Below are positions 1 through 13,694 of a stretch of DNA of 64,000 bases, piece by piece (position 1 is the first letter of the stretch; each line of letters begins with the position of its first letter). The position numbers were made by a program, and so were the translations under genes. A model generated the notes under the pieces. It was not told the origin of the DNA. It did no database searches and saw only the letters and a list, made by a program, of their open reading frames with translations. The DNA is from Octopus sinensis. Taxonomy: Eukaryota. The DNA is taken from positions 145,080,001-145,144,000 of the forward strand of contig NC_042997.1 of the NCBI RefSeq assembly GCF_006345805.1, given 5' to 3'.

Positions 1-335
1 CAAATCTACCCTAAGGCTTATTTGTTAAGCCTAATATTTATTCTATAACCCTCTTTTTGCTGAACCGCTAGGTTATGGGGACGTAAGCACACCAACACCG
101 GTTGTCAAGTGTTGATAGGGAGGGACAAACAGAGACACTAACACACACACATTGATATATACATACATATACGACGAGCTTCTCTCTACCAAACCCACTC
201 AGCCAAATCATCTACCATATCCACTTACGAGGCTTTAGTCGGCCCATGGCTATAGTAGAAGACACTTGACCAAGATGCTGCACAGTGGGACTGAACCCGG
301 AACCATGTAGTTGGGAAACAAGCTTCTTACCACAC
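1..335 (-). mobile_element. SINE family A (tRNA-derived head, CORE-like segment, internal TA/TG tract), partial copy
   Basis: Reverse complement matches 62221-62620 (gtggtaagaagcttg...ggttccgggttcagtcccactg...ttgg[g/t]caagtgtcttctactatagcc). Confidence 0.85.
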
Positions 336-836
336 ATTTGTCAGCTGGAAGCCATCCTGAATTTTCACTAACCCTCAAGGTATATTACTGAGATATACTC
401 TTCAGCAATGATGATAAAGTATAATGGAGATAAATTGAATTGATTCTAGCAAAACATCTAAAGTAAAACAAGTATATTTCATTAGTTCTGACATTAATGA
501 CAAAATATGGAAATATTTATTATCAAGAATATCAGTTATTAAATGTTTCTGGAAATGCCGTAAGCAAAACTGCGCCAAATTATTTGTATTCTAGTGTTTA
601 GTGGAAACTCTAGAAGATAATGTACATACACTCATGTACTCTCTTACTTGTTTCCGTCATTGGACTGTGGCCATACTTGAGCACCACCTTATCGGGTTAG
701 CCGAATATATCAACCCTAGGGCTTAATTTAAGCCCTAGGGTTAATATGTATCCTGTCGATTACTCTGTCGTATCGATAATTTACGAGGATGTAAACAAAC
801 GGGAAGCGGTTTTCGTGTGGTTGTCAATCGGATAGA

Positions 837-875
<39 letters not shown>

Positions 876-912
876 TACACACATACATACATACATACAT
901 ACATACATACAT

Positions 913-978
<66 letters not shown>

Positions 979-989
979 CACACATATAT

Positions 990-1195
990 ATGTGACCGCG
1001 TGTGTACCGTTGGCGATTTTTTTTTCCTCCGTCTTCCCTTCTCTGGATCTTTCCTTTTCCTGTGTTTCTGACGAAACGTAAAACCCTCCTTCTTCCCTTC
1101 CTTCCTGAGCTTCCAATAATACTATATTTGTTCCACGTCCTCGCGTTGTTGTGTTTTCTCTTTGTGTTATCATGTTTGGATAAACTTTATATATA
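990..1195 (+). mobile_element. Short non-autonomous PLE-type element with a deleted hammerhead (homologous to 43646-43850)
   Basis: About 200 bp highly similar to the reverse complement of 43646-43850; flanked by TA/CA tracts; gtttCTGACGAaacgtaaaac at 1064-1084. Confidence 0.7.
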
Positions 1196-1207
1196 TAAAC
1201 TTATAAG

Positions 1208-1462
1208 CGCCGAGTGAATCAGTATTCTACAGCAAATAAAAGAATTCTCGAAAACCGCATGGTGTAAAGACAGCTTAGAAAATCAGACAAATACTCTTCA
1301 GAAAACGGGAAAAAGTAGCCAACAGAGAAACGAACCCTCTACCTCTGGGGCTACCTTTTTTCTGTCTTCTAAAGGGTATTAACCTGATTTCCTAAACCGT
1401 CTTCACAGCCATCCTGCTTTCAAGAACTTTATTTTCTGTAGAATACTGTCTCACTCGGTATT
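1208..1462. repeat. Old imperfect foldback (arms ~118 bp)
   Basis: ccgagtga..cagtattctacag..aaataaa near 1210 is complementary to tttatttt.ctgtagaatactg..tcactcgg near 1430-1459; pairing continues inward to aaaaagtagcc/ggctacctttt. Confidence 0.75.
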
Positions 1463-1474
1463 CTAATTCTTGTG

Positions 1475-1532
<58 letters not shown>

Positions 1533-1843
1533 GGTGTCTTCTTGCAGTTTCTGTCAATCAGATGCATTCAGGAAAACGTTGGCCTCGTGTTATAGTAGAG
1601 GACATTTGACCAGTTTGCTGCACGTTAGGATTGAACACGGACCAAGTGGTTACTAAGCGAAATTCTTAACCACATAGCCAAATCAATCCAAACGTGTATG
1701 TATGTATGTATGTATGTATGTATGCATGTATGCATATGTATATATATATATATATGTTTGTGATGTGTGTATATGTATATATATGTATGTATATATGTAT
1801 ATATATATTAATATATATATATATATATTATATATATATATAT

Positions 1844-1874
<31 letters not shown>

Positions 1875-2329
1875 ATAAACAAATGCCGTTAATTTAATGA
1901 AATTCGATTCAATCGATTATTACTCTCCTCTTCTTCTCGAACTATTTGCAATGTTTCTATATAAAATATCGATCTTTCCATATTGTCTATCGTTGTCATT
2001 TCGATTTTCATTTATCTTCCTGCCACTGTAATGATCGATTTAAATTTTGTTCAACAATATATTTACTTCTCTTCGATACAGATAAATTCACGATTAATCT
2101 ATCGTGATCCCCCACATTACGTGTATCCGTTGCATTTTCAAACATTTTATGCTCCTTTTTAAGATATTGATCGAGTTACCCAGCCCTCATCCACCCTTAA
2201 AATGAAAGCAAGCTAAAAAGATTCTCTGTTGTAGTCTCTGACTTAGGAAAGCTTGGAAAACAGTAAAACCGTTTCAATATATTGGATTCAATACTTGACT
2301 GGAATTTATGGTGTCTTTTTATCTTTATC

Positions 2330-2624
2330 TTGTATCTTTCACATGTTCTCGTCATTGGACTGCGGCCATGCTAGGGTATTGCCTTGAAGTTGTTTATTCA
2401 AAAGAATGTTTCTTTTTCTTTTTCAAGTCAGTTTAGTACTTAATCTGATTAGTCTCCTATTCCAAACTGGTAAGATACACAGACGCAAACAAGCCAACCC
2501 CGGTTGTCAAACAGTGGGGAAGGTTTGACAAATACAAATACTCTCTCACTCTCCCTGTATCACACACACACAAGCACAATAGAGGCTTCCACATTGTTCC
2601 CATCTACCAGATACTCCCACAAGG

Positions 2625-2673
<49 letters not shown>

Positions 2674-2945
2674 CATACATCCTTCCCCATATATATTTGT
2701 GTGTGAGTATGTATTTATGTATGTATGTATGTATGTATGTATGTATGTGTGTGTGTATGTTTGTATGTATGTATATGGCAGACTTCCACTTCCACACATT
2801 TTCCGTCTACCAAATCCATTCGCAAGCACTGATCAGCTCCATAAGCTATAGCAGAAAGCATTTGCCAAGGTGCCATGCATCGTAACTGATCCCGAAACAA
2901 CACGGTTTCATACGACCTACTTAACCACACAGACTGGCTTGTGCC
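2330..2945 (-). mobile_element. SINE family A, diverged
   Basis: Tail tcattggactgcggccatgct and head-side ccaaggtgccatgca...acttaaccacac in reverse orientation, internal microsatellites. Confidence 0.7.
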
Positions 2946-3134
2946 TATGATGAAAAATAAAAATCGCGACAGGATTTGAACTCAGAATTTAAAAGACTGA
3001 ACTAATTACTGCAGCGGAGTTTTCCCCATATTCTGACGTGTCTTCCAATTCACCACCATGGTCGCTTGATCTGCTTGATAGTGCTAGACATAGCAGCCAA
3101 ATTTTCTTCACATTTTCCCCTATCCCTCATTAAG

Positions 3135-3410
3135 TAAGTGCCTTGGTCATTAGCGCATCGAGTCCTCAGGTTCATATGTCGACCAACCGGTTTCCCAGTT
3201 TCTATAGTGACTAAGTTTTCGAGATCACAACATTCTCCTTGAACGGGACGTCAGTCCATCGCAGGGTTACCTCTTTGCTGCTGAGTGGACAAGAGTAACA
3301 TGAAATGAAGTGCCTTGTTCAAGAACACAACGAAGTGCTCAGCGCGGTAAACGAAACCACGATGTTACGGTCGCGAGGGCAAGACACTAACCACTAGACC
3401 ACACATCCTC
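3135..3410 (-). mobile_element. SINE family D (tRNA head + CORE-like segment + V-like tail), diverged
   Basis: gaacgggacgtcagtccatcgcagggttac...tgaaatgaagtgccttgttcaagaacacaacg matches 53206-53468. Confidence 0.75.
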
Positions 3411-3424
3411 ACACCCTATCCTTA

Positions 3425-3800
3425 TAATTTGCTTCCCAACTACATGGTTCCAAGTTCAATCCTATTGTGTGACACCTTGGGCAAGTGCCTTCTGCTATAG
3501 CTTCGAGCCGATCAAAGCCTTGTGAGTGGATTTGGTTGACGGAAACTGAAAGAAGCCCGTCGTAAGTGTGTATGTGTGCGCGCGCGAGTCTGTTTGTGTT
3601 TGTCCTCCACCACAGCTTGACAACCTGATATTGGTGTGTTTATGCCCCCGTAACTTAACGGTTCTACAAAAGAGACCGATAGAATAAGTGCCAAACTTTA
3701 AAAAATAGTTAAATACTGGGGTCGATTATTTCGACAAAAATTCTTCAAGGCGATGCTACAGCATGGCCGCAATCTAATGATTGAAGCAAGTAAGAGAATG
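3425..3800 (+). mobile_element. SINE family A, 5'-truncated
   Basis: Matches the family A body and tail (aggcgatgctacagcatggccgcaatctaatga..aagtaagag). Confidence 0.85.
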
Positions 3801-4282
3801 AGCCTATATAACCCTAAAGACACCAGATGATAACGGTTTTGATTGTGCCTTCATATAATCCTACACAAATTTTAATACATGGAATGGTCACGGATGGAAC
3901 TCTTTATTATATGATCCTATAATATTACATAGCCCTAAAAACGCGTGATAGTCACGGTTGGGACTGTTTTGATTATATGTTCGCTCGATCAGAGCCAAAC
4001 TCAGGCAAAACAAGAACAGCAACAGCAACAAAAAAATAATCATTAAAATCCATCCCTTTGAGAAGTTTCTAGAAAGTCTAAATTTATTTATTGCAGTAGG
4101 GGAAACACGAATGCTATTTCTATTCCTTTTATAATCTCTTAATATGTTTGCGAATCGATTCCCATTTGTTAAAATTAAACACGCATTGATAACTATGCGT
4201 TGCTGTTTCTTTGAACTGGTCTTGTTTACTTCTGTGAAGTACTTACACCATAGTTAATATTTCATTTCTATTATATATATGC

Positions 4283-4344
<62 letters not shown>

Positions 4345-4553
4345 CACACATACATGCATCCGTAAATATATAGAAACATACATACACATACATATATACA
4401 TACATATATATATATACATATATATTATATATATTATATATATATATATGACATTATATAGCATATAATGCACTTTCCAGAATCTAAGAGATAAAATTAT
4501 TTTTCAATACAATAGCAAAATCAACTTTTTTTGTCCTACTCGGATTATTATCA

Positions 4554-4627
<74 letters not shown>

Positions 4628-4770
4628 ATTATTATTTTTATTTTTATTATTATTATTATTATCATTTTCAAAAATCTTCGATTGGACTCTGTAAGTAAAT
4701 TGCTTTAAAAAAGTTTTAACCAAAGAGCCCCAAAACAATATCAATAATAATAATAATAATAATAATAATG

Positions 4771-4821
<51 letters not shown>

Positions 4822-5994
4822 TGCAGCTGTTCCCATGATGAGAGATTAGTTGTTAATTTTATATTAAAGATTTGAAAAATCACGAGAACTATCCAGTTAA
4901 ATCTAAAATGCTATTTTATTTTTATACGCTTTTAATGCATATATTGTTTTGTTTTGTTTTTCATGCTATTTCAAAACACTTTTCCCGTTTCCAACCACTT
5001 TAAACGATGTCGTTATTGTTTTGAGTTTTCCTGTTATTTTTCATGCTTTTCTTTTTCTTGATTATTTAGTTTTATTTCTTTGTTATTCTAACAATTTTTT
5101 TTTTTTTTCCTTTTACTTATTTGCTTTTACTTCATTGTTGCTCCTCACCTCCTTTTCCATTTTTGGTTTATTTTTTATATTTTTCATTTTTTATATCTAA
5201 TTTTATTTTCATTTTTTATATTTTTCATCTTTATATCCAATTTTATTTTATTTTTCGCTATTCGGAACACTCGATACGCTGATTCTTGAAAACTCAATTC
5301 ACGAAGGTGTTTACAATATTCTGCATGAAATAAATCTCTTGCAGACGGAACTGTTTCGTTCATGTGATGCCTCTAGTGCAATTGGCTTTTATATGTATTT
5401 TATTATATTCTACTTTATTTGACTTTTTTTTACTAGCGTAATAGCATTATTTAAAAAAAATGAAAAAAAAAATGTTTCAAACATCCCAAGAGCAAAATGT
5501 CAGCTACGGGGAAGACGGAACAGCGACCTGGTTTCGATTTTCAGTCAACACAATTTTACATTATTTACACTGGTAATAAATTTCGAAAGATATAGTCGTC
5601 TGTTCATAAATCATCTCCCGAATTACATATGTGGTATTGCTATCCAGGCTTAAAATAAATAAGGGAATAGATATATTTGATAAATAAATCTTAGCCCTGT
5701 AATATAATTCCAGTCACGTATGGGGTGTTTTACAGGAATATTGACTTGATTCCTGTACTTGACTGGTATTTAATTTTATCGACCCCAGAAGGATGAAAAC
5801 AAAGCCGACCTCGGAGGAAATTGAAGTCAGAATTTAAAGAGCTATGATTAAATATCACAGCCATTTTGTTTGGCGCGGTAACTATTCTCCAACATCCTGC
5901 AATAGGCAGACATAGTAGATAACTACTCTTTAATTTTCATATTGAAATCTTGGAACGATGACATAAACATTTCATTTTTTCTTTTTTTTCTTAT

Positions 5995-6355
5995 CGTTTA
6001 GTCTAGAGGCAGGGGATATGGCCCTTACTTTTTACATGGCCTCCGAGACTAATGAGAAGGCGTAGGGAAGATCCTCAAATTAAAAAGTTGGTTTGCACGG
6101 TTGGTATCAGAATGGAATCTACTAAAGGCACTCAGGGGCAAGCTGCAGGTGTTAAACCGCGTGACAGATTAAGTCAACTATCCATATAGGCCACGTTGTC
6201 ATTTGAAATGATAGACCTAAGGACGGTGACAAATACGTACGTTATCAGGAGCGATACTGTAGCGCTTCTCAAAGTGGACATTACCTCCTCTGAGGGGCGC
6301 TGGAAAAGTATATAAAGGTACTGAGAACAAGAGCTTTGTAGAGTGAGGTGGAGCA
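5995..6355 (-). mobile_element. Highly decayed RTE-type LINE RT fragment
   Basis: Minus-strand peptide 'VFVTVLRSIISND' resembles the F.YLGS.IS.D motif of RTE-clade RTs. Confidence 0.35.
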
Positions 6356-6444
6356 ATATAGTGATCTAAGTTACTAAAATATTTTCAATTTGTATTGTGT
6401 GAATTATCTGGTAATATTATGGGGTGACAACATAAAAAAAAGAC

Positions 6445-6590
6445 AGCGAGCTGGCAGAATCTTTAGCACGCTGGCCAAAGTGCTTTGCGATATTACCTTT
6501 TCTTTTTTTTAACTTAACGTTTTGAGTTCAAATTCCGCAGAGGTCGATTTTGCCCTTCATCCTATCTTGGCCAATAAAACAAGAACCATT
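6445..6590 (+). mobile_element. SINE family B, partial (another partial copy at 5745-5890, minus)
   Basis: gcgagctggcagaatc.ttagcacg...gagttcaaattccgc.gaggtcga.tttgcc.ttcatcct. Confidence 0.75.
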
Positions 6591-6699
6591 GTTAAAATAA
6601 TTGTTATATTGATGAAAAGACTAATGTGCGAATAGTTACTTCAATAGCAATTAGTTTTTTGCGTGGTGTATGTATGTATGTATGTATGTATGTATGTGT

Positions 6700-6747
<48 letters not shown>

Positions 6748-6943
6748 ATGAATTTGTGTTGTAAGATTCCTGATGTGAAACCGTGTGTTGAAACAGTTAT
6801 TGTTATATTTCAGGATAGTCATTTTCTTTGTTTTTTGCCAAATAAACTTCGAAGTCGCTGTCAACAACATTCTTGTATAAAAATAATAAATTTATATTCT
6901 TCAAAAGTATAGCGTAACCCATCAGATCGATGAATCAGATATA

Positions 6944-7421
6944 CAGTAAACTCCCTCTTATCCGGCATTCAGATAACCGGAACTCTCAAAGAACCGGCAC
7001 CTGCAAATATGTTTTGAAATGCATTATTAATTAGTGTCGAGAAAATTTGAGCTCATTTGTGTTAATTAAAAGAGAGTTTTTATACTTAAAATGGCTTGTT
7101 GCTTCTCAAATTACAGTATTATATTTAATTACGTTAACAGTTCCTGTACTTCATTTGGCCAATGAAACTTGTTCATTACTTCAATTATACTCTTATTTCT
7201 TCCTGTTTCACTCATTTCTAACATATTAAGAATATTAATGATAATATTGTCGTATATACAGGATTTTCAGGAGTTTTGTAAGACGCTAATATAAGTTATT
7301 ATTATATAATAAACGGTAGGGTAATATATTATTATATAAGTTATTAGATCGCCGAAAAAAATCGAGTTATCCGGCAACCTTCCGGTCCCCGTTGTACCGG
7401 ATAGGTGGAGTTAGTTTACTG
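6944..7421. mobile_element. pogo/Tigger-like (Tc1/mariner superfamily) MITE, 478 bp
   Basis: TA|CAGTAAACTCC..ttatccgg ... ccggatag.tggagttagTTTACTG|TA: TA target duplication, CAGT termini, subterminal (t)atccgg/aaccgg repeats. Confidence 0.8.
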
Positions 7422-7775
7422 TACTTTAATAGTTAACATTGCTGTTGTTTAGCACACAAATTCATGATCAGAGCCATTCCAGTTGGGACTATCTCGCCTA
7501 ATCATACAATAATTTATCGCACATTATATTACGCAATATATCGTTTCGTTATTTTGCTGATGTTTTTGGCCGGGGGATGAGTAGGAAAGACTTGACTAAT
7601 ATTTATAGCAAGTCAATCGACAATATAAAACTCTTTTATTGGTTCACGTTAATATAATGTCCAAATCACTACGTCACAATTACCTTTTCCTTTCAATTAG
7701 ATGATAGATTATACATACCTGTGCGTAACAGATGAGTGTGTGTATGTGTGTGTGTACGTATCTGAGTGAACATAT

Positions 7776-7868
<93 letters not shown>

Positions 7869-8069
7869 GTACATATACATGTGTGGGGGGGGGTGTATTC
7901 CAAGGATCTTTTTGGATGATAAATGATGAGGAATTAGCAACGTCCCGTCCTGTGTGTGAATTTTCTGTTTGTTACTCTGTTGCGTTACTGTTCAAATTTT
8001 GAAAATAGTTATTTAATGTAAAGCTACATACGCTTCTTAAGAGTAAAAATACCGATAGAATAGGTAGTC

Positions 8070-8447
8070 TTTTGTTTCAGTCATTTGACTGCGGCTATGC
8101 TAGAGCACCGTTAAGATGGGTTTTAGTCGAACAAATCGAACTCAGGAATTTTTTTAAGCCTAGGAGTATTTTTTAAGCCTAGTACGGTATCTTTTGCTGA
8201 ACCGTTAAATTACGGGGACGTAAACACACCAACAACGGTAATCAGGCAGTGATGGTAGGGGGAAATACAGACACAAAGACACACACACATAGATAGATAA
8301 ATATATATATATACGGCGTGTTTCTTTCAGTTTCCCTCTTCCAAATCCACTCACAAGTTTTTGGTGGGCCCGATGCTATAGTAGAATACACTTGCCCAAG
8401 GTGTCACGCAATGGGACTGAACCCACACACAGCCACTCCTACGCCTA
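8070..8447 (-). mobile_element. SINE family A with a deletion in the head
   Basis: tgtttcagtcatttgactgcggc... to acagccactcctacgccta. Confidence 0.85.
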
Positions 8448-8724
8448 TGAATAACATTCTGACGGACTGGCGTCCCGTCCGGCGGGAATCTCATGATCTC
8501 GGTTACTTATAACCCATGGAAACCGGCTAACCGGTCTTGTGAGTTCTAGGATTCGACACAGTATTTATGTTAAGCTCCAAATGAGCTTGGAATGAATCTG
8601 AGGAGTTTTAGTGATTCACCATTTCGTTAACGACCAGGCAAAAAACATATACAATTGATTAGAGATTGTGGCGGGTGCCAGTGACGAGAAGTGCTTGGAA
8701 TGAAGCTAAGGAATTTTAGTGACT

Positions 8725-9005
8725 GACCATCTCGTTATGTTGGTAGTCCATCGGTGTCCGATAACGACAAAGTCTTTGTTCTCTGCGAAGAGAGTGCATT
8801 GACTCTGTAGTCCAGAGCTGCAAACACATAAGCGCTCAAAGGTGTCACAACGATAGTCTGTCTGGTCTGATGTGGGGCTTTGCCTTGTGAAGTCTGTCTC
8901 TTGCAGCAGCGAGACGCTATCGAAGACAGTTGTTCGTAAGGTGAGAGACCTCCGCGCGAATTTGTCTGTGGCAGGGGCTTCTGTACATCTCAGCATCTCG
9001 AGAAC
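8725..9005 (-). mobile_element. Decayed RTE LINE 3' end
   Basis: 'EAPATDKFARRSLT' resembles W..LA.DR..WR; 'YRCDTFERLCVCSSGLQSQ' resembles the RTE C-terminal C..C.R.C.S..GL.SH knuckle; followed by an RTE-like tail (tcggacaccgatggactac). Confidence 0.6.
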
Positions 9006-9067
9006 GACCAGGCAAAAGACATATACAATTGATTGGAGAATGCGACGGGCACCGGTGACGAGAAGAG

Positions 9068-9249
9068 GGGGGTGGAGGAGGAGGAGGAGGAGAAGAAGAA
9101 GAAGAAGAAGAAGAAGAAAGAAGAAGAAGAACATGAACAAGAACAAGAACAAGAAGAAGAACAAGAACAAGAACAAGAACAAGAAGAACAAGAACAAGAA
9201 GAACAAGAAGAACAAGAACAAGAACAAGAACAAGAAGGAGGAGGTGGAG

Positions 9250-9281
<32 letters not shown>

Positions 9282-9335
9282 GAAGAAGAAGAAGAAGAAG
9301 AAGAAGAAGAAGAAGAAGAAGAAGAAGAAGAAGAC
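9068..9335. repeat. Purine-rich compound trinucleotide tract (GGA/AGA/ACA)
   Basis: Direct reading; explains the poly-R/K/E/Q ORFs. Confidence 0.95.
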
Positions 9336-9804
9336 AGTCATAATGATTTCGATGAACATTAAGATGTCTAATTTATTCATGCAATAAAAATAAGTCGGTC
9401 GCGACAGATCTATACAGTAACACAAGTATAGTTATGTGTCACAAACAACGGAATTCGAATGTTGAGCAATACAGCAATTCGACAATTCAATACATGACAA
9501 AACCAGCAGCAATTAAATAATGAAATGAGAAAATTATGTAAAGTCATACAAGTTCATCTTTGAAAAACATAGAAGACTTCTTAAGAATACAAGTTTTAAA
9601 TAGCGTCAAAGTTCACGAATTCACACAAAAGTCTGTGAAGAAATTACAGTAATAAACTATCTTTTAAACAATAATTTAACATGATTTTCGTCAGTGTGAA
9701 AGATCCTCTTATCACAATGTGTGTGTGTTCAGTGTGAACTTCTAACTATGTATGTGGAGGTACGTTCATTTCATTATGTGCATGTATTGGAAAACAAATC
9801 ATAA

Positions 9805-12345
9805 TGTGTGTGTGTGGTGATATCATGAATGCGTGTGGTGATATCATGAATGTGTGTGGGGTGATATCATAAATGTGTGTGGTGATATCATGAATGTGTG
9901 AGGAGTGATATAATGAATGCGTGGGTGGTGATATCATGAATGTATGTGTGGCGATATCATGAATGTGTGTGTGGTATTATCATGAATGTGTGTGTGTGTG
10001 TGGTGATATCATGAATGTGTGTGGTGATATCATGAATGCTGTGTGTGGTGATATCATGAATGTGTGAGGAGTGATATCATGAATGCGTGGGTGGCGATAT
10101 CATGAATGTATGTGTGGCGATATCATGAATGTGTGTGTGATGATATCATGAATGTGTGTGTGTGGTGATATCATGAATGTGTGAGGAGGGATATCATGAA
10201 TGCGTGGGTGGTGATATCATGAATGTATGTGTGGCGATATCATGAATGTTGTGTGGTGATATCATGAATGTTTGTGTGTGTGGTGATATCATTGTATGTG
10301 TGTGTGGTGATATCATGAATGTATGTGTGGTGATATCATGAATGCGTGTGTGGTGTGATATGAATGACTGTGGTGTTGATATCATGAATGTGTGTGTGGT
10401 GATATCATGAATGTATGTGTGGTGATATCATGAATGCGTGTGTGGTGATATCATGAATGTGTGGGTGGTGATATCATGAATGTGTGGTGGTGATATCATG
10501 AATGCGGGTTTGGATATGATATTTATGAATGTTGTGAAGTGATATCATGAATGTGTGGGGTGATATCATGAATGTGTATGTGTGGTGATATCCTGAATGC
10601 GTGTGTGGTGATATCATGAATGCGTGTGGTGATATCATGAATGTGTGTGTGGCGATATCAATGAATGTGTGTGTGGTATTATCATGAATGTGTGTGTGTG
10701 TGTGGTGATATCATGAATGTGTGTGGTGATATCATGAATGTATGTGTGGTGATATCATGAATGTGTGAGGAGTGATATCATGAATGCGTGGGTGGCGATA
10801 TCATGAATGTATGTGTGGCGATATCATGAATGTGTGTGTGATGATATCATGAATGTGTATGTGTGGTGATATCATGAATGTGTGAGGAGGGATATCATGA
10901 ATGCGTGGGTGGTGATATCATGAATGTATGTGTGGCGATATCATGAATGTGTGTGTGGTGATATCATGAATGTGTGTGTGTGGTGATATCATGAATGTGT
11001 GTGTGGTGATATCATGAATGTATGTGTGGTGATATCATGAATGCGTGTGTGGTGATATCATGAATGACTGTGTGGTGATATCATGAATGTGTGTGTGGTG
11101 ATATCATGAACGTATGTGTGGTGATATCATGAATGCGTGTGTGGTGATATCATGAATGTGTGGGTGGTGATATCATGAATGTGTGTGGTGATATCATGAA
11201 TGCGGGTTTGGTGATATTATGAATGTGTGTGAAGTGATATCATGAATGTGTGGGGTGATATCATGAATGTGTATGTGTGGTGATATCCTGAATGCGTGTG
11301 TGGTGATATCATGAATGCGTGTGGGTGATATCATGAATGTGTGTGTGTGGTGATATCATGAATGTGTGTGGTGATATCATGAATGTATGTGTGGTGATAT
11401 CATGAATGTGTGAGGAGTGATATCATGAATGCGTGGGTGGCGATATCATGAATGTATGTGTGGCGATATCATGAATGTGTGTGTGATGATATCATGAATG
11501 TGTGTGTGTGGTGATATCATGAATGTGTGAGGAGGGATATCATGAATGCGTGGGTGGTGATATCATGAATGTATGTGTGGCGATATCATGAATGTGTGTG
11601 TGGTGATATCATGAATGTGTGTGTGGTGATATCATGAATGTGTGTGTGGTGATATCATGAATGTATGTGTGGTGATATCATGAATGCGTGTGTGGTGATA
11701 TCATGAATGACTGTGTGGTGATATCATGAATGTGTGTGTGGTGATATCATGAATGTATGTGTGGTGATATCATGAATGCGTGTGTGGTGATATCATGAAT
11801 GTGTGGGTGGTGATATCATGAATGTGTGTGGTGATATCATGAATGCGGGTTTGGTGATATTATGAATGTGTGTGAAGTGATATCATGAATGTGTGGGGTG
11901 ATATCATGAATGTGTATGTGTGGTGATATCCTGAATGCGTGTGTGGTGATATCATGAATGCGTGTGGGTGATATCATGAATGTGTGTGTGTGGTGATATC
12001 ATGAATATGTGTGGTGATATCCTGAATGCGTGTCTGGTGATATTATGAATGTGTGTGAAGTGATATCATGAATGTGTATGTGTGGTGATATCCTGAATGC
12101 GTGTGTGGTGATATCATGAATGTGTGTATGGTGATATCAAGAGAGTGTGTGTGTGGTGATATCATGAATGTGTATGTGGGGAATCATGAATGCGTGTGTG
12201 GTGATATCATGAATGTGTGTGTGGTGATATGAATGTGTGTGGGGTGATATCATGAATGTGTGTGTGGTGATATCATGAATGTGTGTGTAGTGATATCATG
12301 AATGTGTGTGGAGTGATATCATGAATGTGTGTGTGGTGATATCAT
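9805..12345. repeat. Minisatellite, ~21-28 bp monomer gtgg-TGATATCATGAAT-g(tg)n, with a ~640-700 bp higher-order period
   Basis: About 100 copies of the constant core; the rare variant gcgggtttgg recurs at 10504, 11202 and 11845. Confidence 0.95.
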
Positions 12346-12380
12346 ACATACATACATACATACATGTGTGTGTGTGTGTG

Positions 12381-12624
12381 TGTAGATACTTTATCTGTGG
12401 GTTAACAAGGCTACCATCGGTTTCATACCAAGGGAAATTTTCTCAGTAATTTTCAAGCCTGCCACATGGAACACTGCTACTCGTCCCCAACTTGGATGGA
12501 ATTCTCATCCAAGATGGTGACCAGTACTAGTGTCCCATATATCAGACTTGATAAGAGGCGAGAAACTTTACCGTTGCACGAAACTAACGGTAGCCTTGTT
12601 AACCCACAAATAAAGAATATTTAC
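12381..12624. repeat. Foldback/MITE-like element with ~65-bp imperfect terminal inverted repeats
   Basis: ctttatctgtgggttaacaaggctacc versus ggtagccttgttaacccacaaataaag. Confidence 0.75.
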
Positions 12625-13249
12625 CCACCATGTCGGTGTTGAGCACTCATTCTCACTGTTCGATATTAGCATAAATATACATATGTGTGTGTGCATGCGT
12701 CTGCGTGTGTGTGTGCGCGTGTGTGTGCGTGTGTGTATGTGTGTATGTGTGACGTGCTCGTGCGTGTGCGTTTGTGTATATGTGTCTGTACATGTGTTTG
12801 TGTATGAATGAATGGATGGATGGATGGATATGACATTGTTGTATAGACCGTTCCTGGTTTTGGGTTGGTAAACTTAATTCATCCCCTGGTTTTTATCACC
12901 ACATTTGGCTCTTATGTGCCTCAACGGAATCCGTTACGATGCAAATATTTGAACCAAATCTCCAATCTAAGGAAAACTTCCTGTCCTTCCCACCAATGTC
13001 AGAGGCCTTGCAAGAGGTCAGCACAGCTGTCCTAGCTCCTCTAAGTCACATACAAATAAAAGGGCATGATATCACTCCAACTGGAAAATTAAGCTGGTTT
13101 GCGTGTTGATTATTTCGAGAAACCTATCTCTACTACTATAGCAGTGTAGTCTACCTACTGTTATGACATACGTTCCAGTCACAAAATCCAAATAGTTTAA
13201 GGGAAGTGGTGGCAATAAAATTTAGTAAATTAAGTCACCCTGGACATTT

Positions 13250-13497
13250 GAGTCTCGAGCCCTAACACTCACTGGACCAGTTACTCGGACTTCATGGTGT
13301 ATACTCAACCGAGATTACAGCACTTACCAGCAAGGGGACGCCAGTCCATCGTAGAGTTACCCATTTGTAACTGTGTGAACGGGATCATCGTGAAATGAAG
13401 TGTTTTGTTCGTAAACACGACGCACAGTCCAGGAATGGAAACCGCGATCTTGCAATCGTGAGTGCAAAACCCTAACCACTAGGCCGTGTGCGTTCAC
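13250..13497 (-). mobile_element. SINE family D, diverged
   Basis: gggacgccagtccatcg...tgaaatgaagtgttttg...aaccactaggcc. Confidence 0.7.
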
Positions 13498-13694
13498 AGA
13501 AGCAATTAGGAATTTTCAAACATTTTTCAGCGAAAAGTTTATGCCGATGGCGATGCTGTAACAGAAACAGCTGTAACACACGTAAACGGACATAACTACA
13601 CTCCTGGTCTACATCCTAGTTAGAAAACCCTATCAAGATAGACTTTGACTATTCACTCTTTCTTGATGGGCGGCATAGCTATTAGTTGTGAACT

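Noticed and set aside
370-412. Minus-strand CTGAAGA plus hairpin
   Set aside because: The hairpin is not followed by GAAA.
9805-12345. CRISPR-like array (constant repeat plus spacers)
   Set aside because: Spacers are short, low-complexity GT variants that recur; no cas genes; eukaryotic context.
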